A stretch of DNA of 62,318 bases, filler included, from an uncultured Methanoregulaceae archaeon (GCA_964530035.1; 6 parts of 6 records of this genome joined end to end with filler, not necessarily neighbours in it), one strand, 5' to 3'; shown: positions 50,357 to 61,959, counted from the first letter of the whole stretch. Notes: generated from the sequence alone by a model not told the origin. Made by a program: numbers and translations.

Positions 50357-52174
50357 CTTTTTCTCCGGGAGCCTGCAGCCGCCTCGCGGGAACCGTACGG
50401 CAAGCGCCGAACCCACCGCCCTGAACGCGTCCTCGAGGTCCGCATAGTTCGGAATACCTTCCTTCCTGAGCAGCGTGACCCCGCCTTTCATGCTGTCTCC
50501 GCCAAGGAGGCAGCCGACGATGACCCGGTCGATGCCGCGGGAGAACCGGATGACCTCGCGGGCGAGGCTTGCCGCGTCAAGGACCGAGGAGGGGGCGGCA
50601 AGGACGAAGGCGATGTCCCACTCGTCCGCGTGGCGGGACAGGATGTCGAAGGTCTGGGCGAACCGGGGTGCACCACCGTCACCGAGGATGTCGACCGGGT
50701 TATTCCTTGACCACCCTTTCGGCAGAAAACCGTCAAGGTCCTGGAAGAAGGCTCCGCCGATGTCGATGAGGTCTATCCCGTAGAGGTCGGCGTAGTCGGA
50801 TGCCAGCACGCCGAAACCTCCTGCACTCGAGATGACGACCGCCCGCCTCCCTTTGGGATATCCCTCGCTCGAGAGGAGGAGGGCGGTCTCGAAGGCGTCG
50901 TGAAGCGACCGTGCGGGAATGACCCCTGACTGTCGCAGGGCGGCCTGGTAGACCTCGAAGCTCCCGGCCAGGGACCCGGTGTGGGACGCCGCGGCAACCC
51001 GGCCCCGGGCTGATGACCCTGACTTGACCGCGATGACCGGCTTGTCACGGGTTATCGCCGAGACCTCCTCCATGAACCGCTTTCCGTCCCTGATCTCCTC
51101 GATGTACAGGATCACCGCCTTCGTTGCCGGGTGGCCGGCGACAGGTTTCAGGTAGTCGACGAAACCGAGGTCGAGCTGGTTCCCAACGCTGATGACCGCC
51201 GAGAAGCCGATCCCCTCGCTTGTCGCCCAGTCGACGAAGGTCGTGATGACCGCCCCGCTCTGGGCGAGAAAACCGATGGACCCGGCAAGGGGAACGGTCG
51301 GGTCAAAGGTGGTGTTGACGCCCTGGTGGGGGAAGATCACCCCGAGGCAGTTCGGGCCGACGACCCTCATGCCGTGTTCGCGGGCGGCGTCAAGGACCGC
51401 CTTTTCAAGGGCACTGCCCTCCTCCCCGGTCTCCCTGAACCCCGAGGCGACGATGACCGCGACCTTCGCGCCCTTTTCCCCCGCTTCCCTGATGATCCCG
51501 GGGGCACTCTTCGCCGGCACGGCGACGACGACCATGTCGACGGGACCCGGTATCCCTGAGATGCTCGTGACCGACTGGTGCCCCATGACCTCGGCCCCGC
51601 GGGCGTTCACGGCATGGAGGACGCCCGGGAACGGCAACAGGTTCCTGAAAACGGCGTACCCGACCTTCGCGGGATCAGCGGACGCTCCCACCACTGCGAT
51701 GGAACGGGGGTTCGCAAGCTCATCAGGCACCGGGAGAGCGGGCCGGGTAACGGGGTCTGCCGCCTGCCCGGTATAGATACGGGCATCGACGGCCACGATG
51801 CCGTGTTCGTACAGGATGACCGGGTTGAAATCGAACTCGGTGATATCGTCCCTGCTCCCGTAGAGGGAGGCGATTTTCGCGACCGTTTCCGCGAGCACGG
51901 CCTCGTCGAGCGGAGGCCCGCCCCGGTATCCCTCGATGAGGCGGTACCCCGAGATCTCCCGCATCATGCACAGGACGTCGTCGCGGCACAGGGGAAGGAC
52001 CCTGATTGCCACGTCGCGGAGGAGTTCGACCATCGTCCCGCCGAGGCCGAAGGTCAGGACCTTGCCGAAAGCAGGGTCGGTCTTTCCTCCGATATAGAGC
52101 TCGAGACCCGGTCCTGCCTGGGCTGCGAGGAGCACCCCCTCCACGCGGGCATCCGGCCGCGACCGTTTCACCCC
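50345..52174 (-). CDS. ADP-forming acetate/acyl-CoA ligase, beta-alpha fusion, 5' end truncated
   Basis: ATP-grasp ELYIG..DPAFG...FGLGG and DFNPV..DARI precede CoA-binding PRSIAVVGAS, GPNCLG, QSGA, phospho-His ASHTGSLAG, NPVDILGD. Confidence 0.9.
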   Translation of the reverse strand, partial: GVKRSRPDARVEGVLLAAQAGPGLELYIGGKTDPAFGKVLTFGLGGTMVELLRDVAIRVLPLCRDDVLCMMREISGYRLIEGYRGGPPLDEAVLAETVAKIASLYGSRDDITEFDFNPVILYEHGIVAVDARIYTGQAADPVTRPALPVPDELANPRSIAVVGASADPAKVGYAVFRNLLPFPGVLHAVNARGAEVMGHQSVTSISGIPGPVDMVVVAVPAKSAPGIIREAGEKGAKVAVIVASGFRETGEEGSALEKAVLDAAREHGMRVVGPNCLGVIFPHQGVNTTFDPTVPLAGSIGFLAQSGAVITTFVDWATSEGIGFSAVISVGNQLDLGFVDYLKPVAGHPATKAVILYIEEIRDGKRFMEEVSAITRDKPVIAVKSGSSARGRVAAASHTGSLAGSFEVYQAALRQSGVIPARSLHDAFETALLLSSEGYPKGRRAVVISSAGGFGVLASDYADLYGIDLIDIGGAFFQDLDGFLPKGWSRNNPVDILGDGGAPRFAQTFDILSRHADEWDIAFVLAAPSSVLDAASLAREVIRFSRGIDRVIVGCLLGGDSMKGGVTLLRKEGIPNYADLEDAFRAVGSALAVRFPRGGCRLPEKKLYL

Positions 52175-52274
52175 NNNNNNNNNNNNNNNNNNNNNNNNNN
52201 NNNNNNNNNNNNNNNNNNTTAATTAATTAANNNNNNNNNNNNNNNNNNNNNNNNNNNNNNNNNNNNNNNNNNNN
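52175..52274. other. Artificial contig linker
   Basis: N run with central TTAATTAATTAA. Confidence 0.97.
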
Positions 52275-53360
52275 ACAACCAGATATCCTGATGACCTCGA
52301 TCTCCTCAGGTTGCTCGACGGCGTCAGCGGTGCCAAGTGACTCCCTGGTTAGTTCCTCGGGTTTATTGACGATTGTTGCCGAAAGAGCCCGTGCTGCGAA
52401 CTTCATGTCCTTCTCGGCGACGTCCTCGACTGCAAGGACTCCCGCCTTGGCGAGGTAATAGGCCACGGCATCCGCGATCCCCTTCTGGCAGAGGAGGACG
52501 TTTGCACCCGTGCCTACGATTGTATCGGAGAGTTTTTTAAGGGTTTCCCGCTCCTGCTCGGAGAATGCACTGATTTGCGTGGTACTGTTCAGCTTGATTT
52601 TTGCCTTGACCTGGGTCTTCTTGATCTCGAGGGGCTGGGAAATCATGGCCACCTTTGCCTTCGTGATCTTCCTCGGCATGTCCTCGGTCGCACGCTTCTT
52701 GTCGATAATGACACCCTTCACGAGCTCGGCATCATCCATCGAGGCCCCTTTCTGTTTTTTGATGAGAATGTCATTCTCGTCAACAGTGACCGCTTTCCCT
52801 TCCTTCGAGGCCACAGCCATGACCGCATCAACGACAATTGCATTGACCTTTTCCTTGACTGACTCGATCGACTTGCCGGTCATGGAGGTATTGGCAATCT
52901 GGATAAGTGTCTTGCGGTCAAAGGCATCGACGGTAACCGCGAGGCCATCGAGGATTTTTAATGCCTCCTCCATTCCCATCCTGAACCCATTGGCCACGAC
53001 GGTCGGGTGGATCTTTCTCTCGATGAGGACTTCGGCCTGTTCCATGAGGGAGCCGACCAGTACGACCGCGGTCGTTGTACCGTCTCCGACTTCTTCGTCC
53101 TGTGCCTTTGCAACCTCGATGACCATCTTGGCCCCCGGGTGCTGGACGGAGATCTCGGATAATATGGTCGCGCCGTCGTTGGTGATGATGACGTCTCCAG
53201 ATGGGCTGACGAGCATCTTGTCCATTCCCCGGGGCCCGAGGGTGGTCCTCACGGCTCCGGCGATGGCTTTTGCGGCAGCAATATTCGAGCGCTGGGCTTC
53301 GCGCCCCCTATTTCGCTCTACATTGTCTTTTAAAATGATGACAGGCGTTCCTGAAAGCAT
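52275..53360 (-). CDS. ths: Thermosome (group II chaperonin) subunit, 3' end truncated
   Basis: TTLGPRGMDKM, ITNDGATIL, VGDGTTT, CQKGI. Confidence 0.96.
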
Positions 53361-53428
53361 GAGATATCCTCCAGTGTTGTAAATGATGGAAATATACGTC
53401 TATATAAAATTTGTTAATTTGGTGGGGG

Positions 53429-54046
53429 TCAATCAATACGGGAAACCTTGAAAAGGCTGAATACCGGGACTCCGTCGATATCCCTGATACCCCTTTTATC
53501 AAAGATCACCCATATGGCGACCGGCTCGGCATGATGGCGCTTCAGATAGGCTACCACTTCACGCAGGGTGTTTCCTGAGGTTATCACATCGTCGATGATG
53601 ATGCAGTGTTCGTTGTTGACTGGTGCGAAATTGCCGCTCATGGAGCCTACAGGCTGTTCCTGGCTGCTGTGCTTGGCCGGATGATAGATGGAGAGCTTCA
53701 GGTTTTCCTTCACGCTGATTATTGTTGCCAGAGGGATACCGGAGAGGGCTATCCCGACCACGGTGGTTGCCAGGGGCTTTTCCTTTTGTTCCCTGCCCCC
53801 GGACCCCGTGGAACAGAAGTACCTGTTCAGGAGGAGGTCCGCGGTGTCTTCAAGGAGCATCCCTTCTCCAGATACGGCGGTCCAGTCGATGTGGACGTCC
53901 TTGGGGACCACAGTTCCTTTCTGCTGGGTGAGGAGCCATGTCACGGTCTCCATGGAGAGGGACAGCTCATCGGCTATCTGTCCCGGGCTGTGCCCTTCAG
54001 ACAAAAGGTGCTTGGCCTTTTTGATAAGGTCATCAAGGGAACTCAT
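53429..54046 (-). CDS. gfcR: HTH plus phosphoribosyltransferase-fold protein (orotate PRTase-like, GfcR family)
   Basis: [32 protein letters not shown] loop IIDDVITSG. Confidence 0.8.
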   Translation of the reverse strand: MSSLDDLIKKAKHLLSEGHSPGQIADELSLSMETVTWLLTQQKGTVVPKDVHIDWTAVSGEGMLLEDTADLLLNRYFCSTGSGGREQKEKPLATTVVGIALSGIPLATIISVKENLKLSIYHPAKHSSQEQPVGSMSGNFAPVNNEHCIIIDDVITSGNTLREVVAYLKRHHAEPVAIWVIFDKRGIRDIDGVPVFSLFKVSRID

Positions 54047-54066
54047 GGTCAAAGGTCTGCGAGGGG

Positions 54067-54522
54067 CTACTTAAGCGTTCGTTTTAATTCATGACCGCAT
54101 ACAGGGCATGTCCCGGGACCTCCTGCCTTCCTTCCACAGCCGGTGCAAACGAGTTCCCATGTCCGTTTTCTTGCCTTCCGCTGTCTGATCGGGACCACTA
54201 TGATACCCAGGTGAAGGGCTACGTTCTGGAGGGCGAAATCATCAGTGCAGACAGAGCCTCCAATCGTGAGGGCCAGTGCAAGGACATCCCGGTCTGTGGT
54301 GGAAAGAACGGTCCCGTCCCCCGTCTGCCGGGAGGCACGGTCAACCATCTCCAGGTTTGCTGGCTCGGGCTCGCTTACCTTAAGCCCGCCGGCGATAAGG
54401 ACATCGAGACGACATTTTGAGGACAGGTCGCGGAGTTCTCCAACGACGGAGGGTGTTGTGAAGAGGTTTCCTTCGGGACGAAAATCGCAAAAAAAAAGCG
54501 ATGTATCACATACGGTATTCAT
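54067..54522 (-). CDS. nob1: Nob1-family PIN endonuclease
   Basis: [28 protein letters not shown]-terminal CTGCG...CPVCG. Confidence 0.9.
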   Translation of the reverse strand: MNTVCDTSLFFCDFRPEGNLFTTPSVVGELRDLSSKCRLDVLIAGGLKVSEPEPANLEMVDRASRQTGDGTVLSTTDRDVLALALTIGGSVCTDDFALQNVALHLGIIVVPIRQRKARKRTWELVCTGCGRKAGGPGTCPVCGHELKRTLK

Positions 54523-55519
54523 TGAAGATCCGCGGGGGATTTCCCGCCTCTACCCGGATGTCTGAACCAAACAGCCCTGCCAGCCACAACATCGTTTCTG
54601 TATGCCTGGTGATACTTCCTGTCGTTACCGATCCTCCATATCGTGCAAGGTAGACGACCAACTGGTCGGTTAGGTACCTGTCAGATTCGCCGTGGGAGTT
54701 CCATTCCCTGGAAAATCCCTTTGCAGCCATTTCACCCACCTTTTCTGCGGGCAACCCTTTTTTTCCAAGGGCCGACCCGCCCTTGCAGCCACGCCAGACG
54801 GTACATACGGATCCGGGACCCCCCCCGCCCTCCTCCCTGATGGTAAGGGGGAGTTGTTCTCCGGTCTCTTCCATAACGACAGACTGCGCTGATGCACCTT
54901 GTCTTTCTGCGATGTGGCGTGGGAGACCTGCCGATACCGATATAATCCCCCCTTCCCTGAACTCCTTGCCTGGATCGCATGTCACAGGCCCCATCCCGCC
55001 GGGACCTGCCTCAATGGAGATGGATCCACCACCGAAGGGAAAAAATCCTCTCCTGGTGATTTCCATCGAAATATTTGCCCCTGCCCTGCGGAGTGTTTCC
55101 AGGAGGACCCTGTCAAGCCAGTCCGCCGGGGGGCTCTTCGATACATCGGTGCCACCGGTCACCGTGATCCGCCCCCCCGTTGATAAAGCGACCGGAAGCC
55201 AGCACTGGATGACGAGGGAACAACTTCCGGCGGTTCCTACTGCCACATCAATGGCCCTCCTGACAGGTTCGCCAGGGATGAACGTAACAGAACTGCTACC
55301 CGGGCAATTCCCCATAACCTCGGCATCACAGATACGGGCTACCGATTCTATTGCCGCGACATGCTGGGCAGCAAGGCCGGGGGTATCCCTGCGGGCGCGG
55401 ATATGGTGGACCTTGATTTTTTTCCCGGTCATGGCAGACAGCGATACCGCTCCGCGCACGATCTGTCCCCCTCCCTCGAGGTGGGACCCGTTTATTTCGA
55501 GAAATCCCTTACCGAGCAT
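54506..55519 (-). CDS. rtcA: RNA 3'-terminal phosphate cyclase
   Basis: GSHLEGGGQIVR, PGLAAQH, GGTDV, GFFPFGGG, LTDQL, TRHTET. Confidence 0.9.
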   Translation of the reverse strand: MLGKGFLEINGSHLEGGGQIVRGAVSLSAMTGKKIKVHHIRARRDTPGLAAQHVAAIESVARICDAEVMGNCPGSSSVTFIPGEPVRRAIDVAVGTAGSCSLVIQCWLPVALSTGGRITVTGGTDVSKSPPADWLDRVLLETLRRAGANISMEITRRGFFPFGGGSISIEAGPGGMGPVTCDPGKEFREGGIISVSAGLPRHIAERQGASAQSVVMEETGEQLPLTIREEGGGGPGSVCTVWRGCKGGSALGKKGLPAEKVGEMAAKGFSREWNSHGESDRYLTDQLVVYLARYGGSVTTGSITRHTETMLWLAGLFGSDIRVEAGNPPRIFNEYRM

Positions 55520-56346
55520 GCGAGTGTTTCCGCTGCCGATATCCGGCTGCACGCACGTTCTATGGTGTCGCTGCAGACGACCTCCTTCACACCTGCAGCA
55601 TGGAGGTGAAGGAGAGCCCCTGTCGTGAAGACGCCATGTACACAGACGGCTGACACGGACAGGGCGCTTTGCCCGAGAAGCATCCCTGCAGCGGTTGCAA
55701 GGGTCCCCCCGGTCGAGATGATGTCATCCACGATCACCACATCGCGTCCGGTCACATCGAGGCTTTTTGGAGCAATCCTGACCTGCTCTCCTGAAAGCCT
55801 CGTTTTATTGAGATAGTCCCAGTCCCACCCTGTCAGCGAGGCAATCTTTCGGACAAAACCGCTGGCACCTTCATCAGGAGCCATGAGAAGAGGATGTTCA
55901 AGGGTGATGGACCCGAGGAAGGAGGCAATATCCTTCTCAAGCGATACGGAACGTGCATCAGCCCGGAAATGGGAGAGTACCGATTGTTCATGGATATTGA
56001 CAATGGTGACGTCCTCAACGCCGTTCGAGAGAGCCCGGGCAACAGCCCTGGCACTGAGCGCCTCACCTGCGTTGAAGATCCTGTCCTGCCTGGCATACCC
56101 CATGTACGGCACCACGAGATGATTTTTACGACCTTCACAGGCATCGATAAGGAGAAGGAGCTGCATAAGGGCTTCATTGCTCGTGACACTCCCGATAATG
56201 ACCATCTCTCCGTCCAGTTCCGATGCCCTGAGATACAGCTCCCCGTCAGGGAACCTTGAATACCGGACGTCGCAGAGCGGAGCGCCGAGGGCAAAAGCAA
56301 GGCGTGTGGAAAGGATTTGGGAATTTTCAGTGGAGATAACCTTCAT
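55492..56346 (-). CDS. prs: Ribose-phosphate pyrophosphokinase
   Basis: [34 protein letters not shown]. Confidence 0.95.
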   Translation of the reverse strand: MKVISTENSQILSTRLAFALGAPLCDVRYSRFPDGELYLRASELDGEMVIIGSVTSNEALMQLLLLIDACEGRKNHLVVPYMGYARQDRIFNAGEALSARAVARALSNGVEDVTIVNIHEQSVLSHFRADARSVSLEKDIASFLGSITLEHPLLMAPDEGASGFVRKIASLTGWDWDYLNKTRLSGEQVRIAPKSLDVTGRDVVIVDDIISTGGTLATAAGMLLGQSALSVSAVCVHGVFTTGALLHLHAAGVKEVVCSDTIERACSRISAAETLACSVRDFSK

Positions 56347-56406
56347 TCTCGTGCTACCTCTTCTACAAAGTACTTAAACGATCATGCTAAAATTTATACC
56401 CGTTTA

Positions 56407-58347
56407 ATGTCCGCAGAGGAGCCTTTGAGCAAGGAAAGCACACAAACCGCAGCAAACGGCCCTGAACCGGCGGCTGCGGCTGAAACGGTAGCTGAAACAT
56501 CCGAGGCTATCGAGGTACCGGCACGGTTGATCGACCAGGTCATCGGACAGGAACATGCCGTGGAGGTTATCAGGAAGGCGGCCATCCAGAGACGGCATGT
56601 CATGATGATCGGCAGCCCGGGGACTGGCAAGTCCATGCTCGCGAAGGCAATGGCAGAACTCCTCCCAAAGGAGGAGATGCAGGATATTCTCGTATATCCG
56701 AACTCCGACGATCCGAATACGCCCATTATCAGGACTGTGCCATCAGGCCGCGGCAAGGAGATCGTGGCCGCGCACAAGGCCGACGCGAGGAAGAAAACGC
56801 AGTTCCGGAACACCCTTGTGATGCTGCTGATGATAGGTATCATCGGGTACTCCCTTATCACCTACCAGTGGCTCATGGGAATCGTCGCCGCTGCATTCGT
56901 TTTTATGGCGTTGCGGTACGGCACACCCCGTGAAGAGGCAATGGTGCCGAAACTTCTTGTCACCAACGATAATACCGCCACGGCGCCATTCATCGACGGG
57001 ACCGGGTCCCATGCTGGTGCCCTGCTTGGTGATGTCAGGCACGATCCGTTCCAGAGCGGCGGCCTTGAGACTCCTGCCCATGACCGCGTCGAGGCCGGGG
57101 CGATCCACAGGGCCCATAAAGGTGTCCTCTTCATCGACGAGATCAATGCACTGACACCTCATTCACAGCAGAGCCTGCTCACAGCCCTTCAGGAGGGAGA
57201 ATTCCCGATAACCGGCCAGAGTGAACGGTCAAGCGGCGCGATGGTCCGGACTGAAGCGGTACCCTGCAACTTCGTCATGATAGCAGCCGGGAACCTGGAC
57301 GCCATTGCCGGTATGCACCCGGCACTCCGCTCGCGTATCAGGGGATACGGGTATGAGGTCTACATGGGCGAGAGCATGGCCGACACCCCTGAAAACCAGC
57401 AGAAATACATACGGTTCATCGCCCAGGAGGTCAGGAACGATGCAAAAATACCCCATTTCGATCGCAGTGCCATAGAGGAGGTCATGAGGGAGGCGCGCCG
57501 GAGATCGAACCGCAAGGGGCACCTCACCCTGAAGCTCAGGGACATGGGAGGACTTATCAGGGTCGCCGGGGACATGGCGCGCGAAGAAGGGGCCACGACA
57601 ACATCTGCACGCCATGTAATCGCTGCCAAGAAGACAGCCCGGTCGATCGAGGACCAGGTGTCGGATGATTATATCACGAGGAGCAGGGAATACGACCTGA
57701 CCGTCATAGAAGGCACGAGGATCGGACGTGTCAACGGTCTCGCGGTCATGGGAAGCGATTCAGGTTCGGTCCTGCCCATCGTCGCCGAAGTTACGCCAAC
57801 GCAGGGCCAGACCGGAACCGTGATCGCAACAGGGATGCTCAAAGAGATAGCCCAGGAATCAATCAAGAATGTGAGCGCCATTCTCAAGAAGTTCACGGGA
57901 AAGGACATCAAGAACATGGACCTCCATATCCAGTTCATAGGGACGTATGGCGGTGTCGAGGGAGATTCAGCATCCATCAGCGTGGCAACAGCGGTAATCA
58001 GTGCCATAGAAGGAATACCTGTCCGGCAGGACGTTGCAATGACAGGCTCTCTTTCGGTCCGGGGGGATGTCCTCCCGGTAGGAGGGGTCACCTACAAGAT
58101 CGAGGCCGCCGCCAAGGCCGGGATTAAGACAGTGCTCATACCCTATGCGAACCTTGCCGATGTTCTCATCGAGGACCGGTACAAGGATCTCGTCACCATT
58201 ATCCCTGTAAAGACAATCGAAGAGGTCCTGACGAACGCCCTGGTCCCGGAAAACCGTGAAGGATTCCTGACAAAACTCCGGAATCTCGCTGCCCAGACGA
58301 CAGCCCGCGTCCTTGATGCTCCTTCGTTCGGAATAAACCCGGTCTGA
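56407..58347 (+). CDS. lonB: ATP-dependent protease LonB (membrane-inserted)
   Basis: [18 protein letters not shown] hairpin, LFIDEI, catalytic EGDSAS and GGVTYK. Confidence 0.96.
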   Translation: MSAEEPLSKESTQTAANGPEPAAAAETVAETSEAIEVPARLIDQVIGQEHAVEVIRKAAIQRRHVMMIGSPGTGKSMLAKAMAELLPKEEMQDILVYPNSDDPNTPIIRTVPSGRGKEIVAAHKADARKKTQFRNTLVMLLMIGIIGYSLITYQWLMGIVAAAFVFMALRYGTPREEAMVPKLLVTNDNTATAPFIDGTGSHAGALLGDVRHDPFQSGGLETPAHDRVEAGAIHRAHKGVLFIDEINALTPHSQQSLLTALQEGEFPITGQSERSSGAMVRTEAVPCNFVMIAAGNLDAIAGMHPALRSRIRGYGYEVYMGESMADTPENQQKYIRFIAQEVRNDAKIPHFDRSAIEEVMREARRRSNRKGHLTLKLRDMGGLIRVAGDMAREEGATTTSARHVIAAKKTARSIEDQVSDDYITRSREYDLTVIEGTRIGRVNGLAVMGSDSGSVLPIVAEVTPTQGQTGTVIATGMLKEIAQESIKNVSAILKKFTGKDIKNMDLHIQFIGTYGGVEGDSASISVATAVISAIEGIPVRQDVAMTGSLSVRGDVLPVGGVTYKIEAAAKAGIKTVLIPYANLADVLIEDRYKDLVTIIPVKTIEEVLTNALVPENREGFLTKLRNLAAQTTARVLDAPSFGINPV

Positions 58348-58352
58348 TCTCC

Positions 58353-59678
58353 ATGGCGGAACCCCGATATTATGACGTCCGCCGGGTAGCCGGAGAAGCC
58401 ACCCACATCGATATTGACAATGGGACCATTGAATCCGCAGGCACCTCTTTTTTCGACCATGTCGTCATCAGGGTGCTCGGACAGAATGGCTGGGGCGTGT
58501 TGACCCTGGATGATTCAGGATATGATGGAGGCGACCCGCCAGATGCCTGGGTCCAGGAGGCTGCAACGGCTGCAGCCCAGACATCTTTTCCTGTCTCACT
58601 GGGAGACGCCCGGAACGGCACTATACCCGTCCCTGCCATGAAAGAAGACCCGAGAGACCTTTCACTCGAAGAAAAAGCCGCGGTGCTCGGAGGGATCGAA
58701 AAAGCTGCCCTGATGGAGGGCATATCAAATACCCGTGCCCAGTACATCGAAAGGGCGGAACATGTCATCTTCCATGATTGTTGCGGAAATGAGTACCGCT
58801 ATGAGACCGTACGGTGTGGTTTTTCCATACTCGCCGTCGCGTCACGCGGTGGTGTCATGCAGATGGCCTCCGAGCGTGACCACACGATTGGCGGCTTCTC
58901 CCTTCGGCACCGCGAGGACACCGGGAGGGAGGTGTCAGAACGGGCCTGTGCCCTCCTTGATGCAGTTCCCGCCCACGGGGGCCGGATGAATGCCGTCCTC
59001 GACCCTGAACTCGGAGGAGTGTTTGCCCACGAGGCTGTCGGGCATGCAAGCGAAGGCGACCTGGTCCTTGAAGGAAACTCTGTTTTGAAAGGCAGGATGG
59101 GGGAGAAAATTGGGTCCTCACGACTTTCCGTCATAGATGACCCCACCCTGCCGGGCTTTGGTTTTGAACCTGTGGACGCGGAGGGTGTCGCTGTGGAAAG
59201 GACCGAGATAATCAGGAACGGAAGAATAAATGCCTATCTCCTGAACCGGGAAACACTGCACTCCGTCGGAATGGGTGTCCCGGGCCATGCCCGCGCCATG
59301 CCCGGGGATATCCCGATAGTGAGGATGTCTAACACCTTTATTGAAAACGGGGACTCCTCCTACGACGAGATAATTGCAGAATGCAGAACCGGGATCCTCC
59401 TCAAGGGATCACGGGGAGGACAGGTCGACCCGGGCCGGGGCGTGTTCCAGTTCAATGCGGAATACGGGTATCTCATTACCGATGGGGAAACTGGTGCAAT
59501 GGTGAGGGATGTTTCCTTAAGCGGGGAGATTCTTTCGACACTCCACCAGATGGAGCTGTGTGGGAAAGACCGCCTCATGTCTGCCGGATACTGTGGAAAA
59601 TCAGGCCAGACGGTACCGGTGAGTGACGGGGCCCCCCATGTCCTCCTCCTGGACGCGGTGGTGGGTGGCAGTGGTTGA
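58353..59678 (+). CDS. tldD: TldD-family metalloprotease
   Basis: HEAVGHASEGD, RMSNT, CGKSGQTVPVSDGAP. Confidence 0.9.
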   Translation: MAEPRYYDVRRVAGEATHIDIDNGTIESAGTSFFDHVVIRVLGQNGWGVLTLDDSGYDGGDPPDAWVQEAATAAAQTSFPVSLGDARNGTIPVPAMKEDPRDLSLEEKAAVLGGIEKAALMEGISNTRAQYIERAEHVIFHDCCGNEYRYETVRCGFSILAVASRGGVMQMASERDHTIGGFSLRHREDTGREVSERACALLDAVPAHGGRMNAVLDPELGGVFAHEAVGHASEGDLVLEGNSVLKGRMGEKIGSSRLSVIDDPTLPGFGFEPVDAEGVAVERTEIIRNGRINAYLLNRETLHSVGMGVPGHARAMPGDIPIVRMSNTFIENGDSSYDEIIAECRTGILLKGSRGGQVDPGRGVFQFNAEYGYLITDGETGAMVRDVSLSGEILSTLHQMELCGKDRLMSAGYCGKSGQTVPVSDGAPHVLLLDAVVGGSG

Positions 59679-60951
59679 TGTAGAAGCCGTCCTGCGGTAT
59701 GCGGAACGGTTCGCACAGGAAGCAGAGGTATGTCTTGTCCGAGCAGATTCTCTCGGAGCTGATATCAGGAACGGGGCAATCAACCTCGGCAGCAGGACAC
59801 GTTCCGTGGGCCTCGCCGTCAGGACGATCTCGGACGGAAGGATTGGGATATCCAGTTCTAACAGTCCCGAGCAATGGAAGGAGTGTGTTGATGCGGCGAT
59901 TGCAAGTGGTAACCTTGCAGGAGCCCAGGAATGGCACGGACTCCCCTCAGCAGCCCGGCCTGACAGGACTCCGCTCTGTTATGACCCGTGCGTCCGCCTC
60001 GATCAGGACCTCCTCAAACGCCTCGTCGGAGATATGATCTCGGCCAGTGCTGATTTTCCCGTCCAGGTAACATCAGGAAGTGCAGGACTCTCAATTATCG
60101 AATCCCTGATCGCGAACAGCAATGGCGTCCTCTACGAAGCACCCGAGACCTCCGTGTCACTTATGGTTGAGACGATCGCCGGGCAGTCAACCGGGTCCGA
60201 ATACAACCATGACTACAGGCTGGAGAGGGTGGATCCGGCGTGGGTAGGTCATGAAGCAGCCTCCCTTGCTGCTGGATCGGTAAACGGGCGGGAGATCGAT
60301 TCAGGTATTCACGACCTCGTATTGTCTCCCCATGCGACTGCACAGTTCCTTGGTTCAACGGTCGTCCCGGCCCTGTCAGGAAGAAATGTCCATGCCGGCC
60401 GCTCCCGTTTTGCTGACCAGCTGGGTAATGGAGTAATGGCAGACCATGTGAACCTTATCGACGATCCCCTTGACCGGCGTGGCCTGGGAAGCACCGCATG
60501 GGACGCAGAGGCGGTAATGACCCGGAAAAATGCATTCATCGACAAAGGTGTTCTCCGGATGTTTGCCTATGACCTGAAGACCGCGTATCGTTTTAAAAAG
60601 GAAAGCACGGGTAACGCGGTCAGATCAGGCCCCGGCGGGTCACCGTCGATAGGTATGCACAACCTTGTCCTTGAAGGAGCCTGGGGACAGGTTGATGACG
60701 GGACCTGTGTATATGTCCATGACGTCGTCGGAGCGCATACTGCGAATCCCTTTTCAGGAGATTTTTCAGTTGAGTTGTCGAACGCCTTTTTTGTAAGGGA
60801 CGGGACACGGGAGTTCCCGATAAAGAAGGTAATGTGGTCTGGAAATGCATTTGACCTGTTCAGACAGATTCGTACCGTAAGTGCCGATTCCAGGACAATG
60901 GGATCGTATATCCTGCCCTTGATCAGGGTTGAATCGCAGTCATTGATCTGA
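59671..60951 (+). CDS. pmbA: PmbA/TldE-family protein
   Basis: IANSNG, WDAEA, STGNAVR, GAHTANPFSGDFS; no HExxxH; GTG start overlapping the tldD end. Confidence 0.88.
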   Translation: MVDVEAVLRYAERFAQEAEVCLVRADSLGADIRNGAINLGSRTRSVGLAVRTISDGRIGISSSNSPEQWKECVDAAIASGNLAGAQEWHGLPSAARPDRTPLCYDPCVRLDQDLLKRLVGDMISASADFPVQVTSGSAGLSIIESLIANSNGVLYEAPETSVSLMVETIAGQSTGSEYNHDYRLERVDPAWVGHEAASLAAGSVNGREIDSGIHDLVLSPHATAQFLGSTVVPALSGRNVHAGRSRFADQLGNGVMADHVNLIDDPLDRRGLGSTAWDAEAVMTRKNAFIDKGVLRMFAYDLKTAYRFKKESTGNAVRSGPGGSPSIGMHNLVLEGAWGQVDDGTCVYVHDVVGAHTANPFSGDFSVELSNAFFVRDGTREFPIKKVMWSGNAFDLFRQIRTVSADSRTMGSYILPLIRVESQSLI

Positions 60952-60979
60952 ATGGAAACGGGACTATGGGGTAGTTGAA

Positions 60980-61249
60980 ATGGATATCCTATTTTATATC
61001 GTTGCTGTCCTGATTGGCATCATCATTCTTGCCATCGTATGGTTTGTGTTAAAAAATATCGTGAAGCTGATCATCAACTCGGTGCTCGGTCTGCTGATAC
61101 TCTTTATTGTCAATTTTTTTCACCTTATGTCGGTATTCGGAAAACCAGACATACCGGTCACCTGGATCACGGTCCTGATCTGCGCATTGGGGGGTATCCC
61201 CGGGTCGTTGCTTGTGATCCTCCTGCACCTCCTGGGTTTTTCTCTCTGA
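60980..61249 (+). CDS. BofA-like small membrane protein (pro-sigmaK processing inhibitor family)
   Basis: Three hydrophobic helices with INSVLGL and LGGIPG motifs. Confidence 0.75.
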   Translation: MDILFYIVAVLIGIIILAIVWFVLKNIVKLIINSVLGLLILFIVNFFHLMSVFGKPDIPVTWITVLICALGGIPGSLLVILLHLLGFSL

Positions 61250-61260
61250 AACCTCTTTTA

Positions 61261-61959
61261 TCAGAAAACGTTTGCCTCGGTGTACACGAGGATTTTATCC
61301 TGCTGGATCTCGTAGGGTTTGATCTCCCGTGAATGTGCGGAGAGCCTCATCTTGACGACCTCAAGGGCAAGGTGAACTCCGGACTGGTCGCTGGAGCGGA
61401 CATAGCGGAGCAGGATGACCGTATCACAGAGGTATTCCACGAGGTTGTACCTGCTTGAGTAGGTGTTGTCCCGTGCAGTTTCGCTCGTCAGGATTGTCGT
61501 GCAGTTCTGCCCCCTCAGGTCCTCTATGAACCGCATGATCTCCTGGCGGCGTTCTGCGTTCGAATCAAAAAGGTCTTCAAAAAGCGAGATAGGGTCAATC
61601 ACCACCCGGGAGGCCTTCAACTCCGTGATAAGGGCCGGGAGCTCCTTCTTGACACTGTTGATGGCGACATTGAAATCGGTAGGGTCGAGCCTGATGATTA
61701 CGAGTGATGTATCCCTGTAGGGGGTGACATCCCATCCTTTCGCCTCAATGTAGTCATAAATCCTTGCCGGGTTTTCCTCAAGGCTGATATAAATGACCTT
61801 CTCCCCGTTGCATAACCCCTCCCAGATAAAGTTCAGTGCGAACTGGGTCTTGCCAGTCCCATACGTCCCGATGATCGCGGTAATGCTTCCTTCGAGGAGT
61901 CCGCCGCCTATCATCTCATCAAGCCCTTCGATCCCAATCCGGACTCTTTTCTGTTTCAT
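61261..61959 (-). CDS. Single-domain KaiC-like/RAD55 ATPase
   Basis: GIEGLDEMIGGG, Walker A GTYGTGKT, SLEE, VVIDPIS, KMRLSAH. Confidence 0.9.
   Translation of the reverse strand: MKQKRVRIGIEGLDEMIGGGLLEGSITAIIGTYGTGKTQFALNFIWEGLCNGEKVIYISLEENPARIYDYIEAKGWDVTPYRDTSLVIIRLDPTDFNVAINSVKKELPALITELKASRVVIDPISLFEDLFDSNAERRQEIMRFIEDLRGQNCTTILTSETARDNTYSSRYNLVEYLCDTVILLRYVRSSDQSGVHLALEVVKMRLSAHSREIKPYEIQQDKILVYTEANVF

Noticed and set aside
10478..52274. Recurrent TTAATTAATTAA motif every ~10.4 kb and ORFs ending in 'LIN'
   Set aside because: Embedded in N runs; an artificial six-frame-stop linker between size-sorted contigs. No cross-linker gene clusters were inferred.
54640..54700. RtcA 'DRYLTDQ' lacking His, suggesting an inactive cyclase
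   Set aside because: The catalytic His lies in the downstream motif (TRHTET), which is retained.
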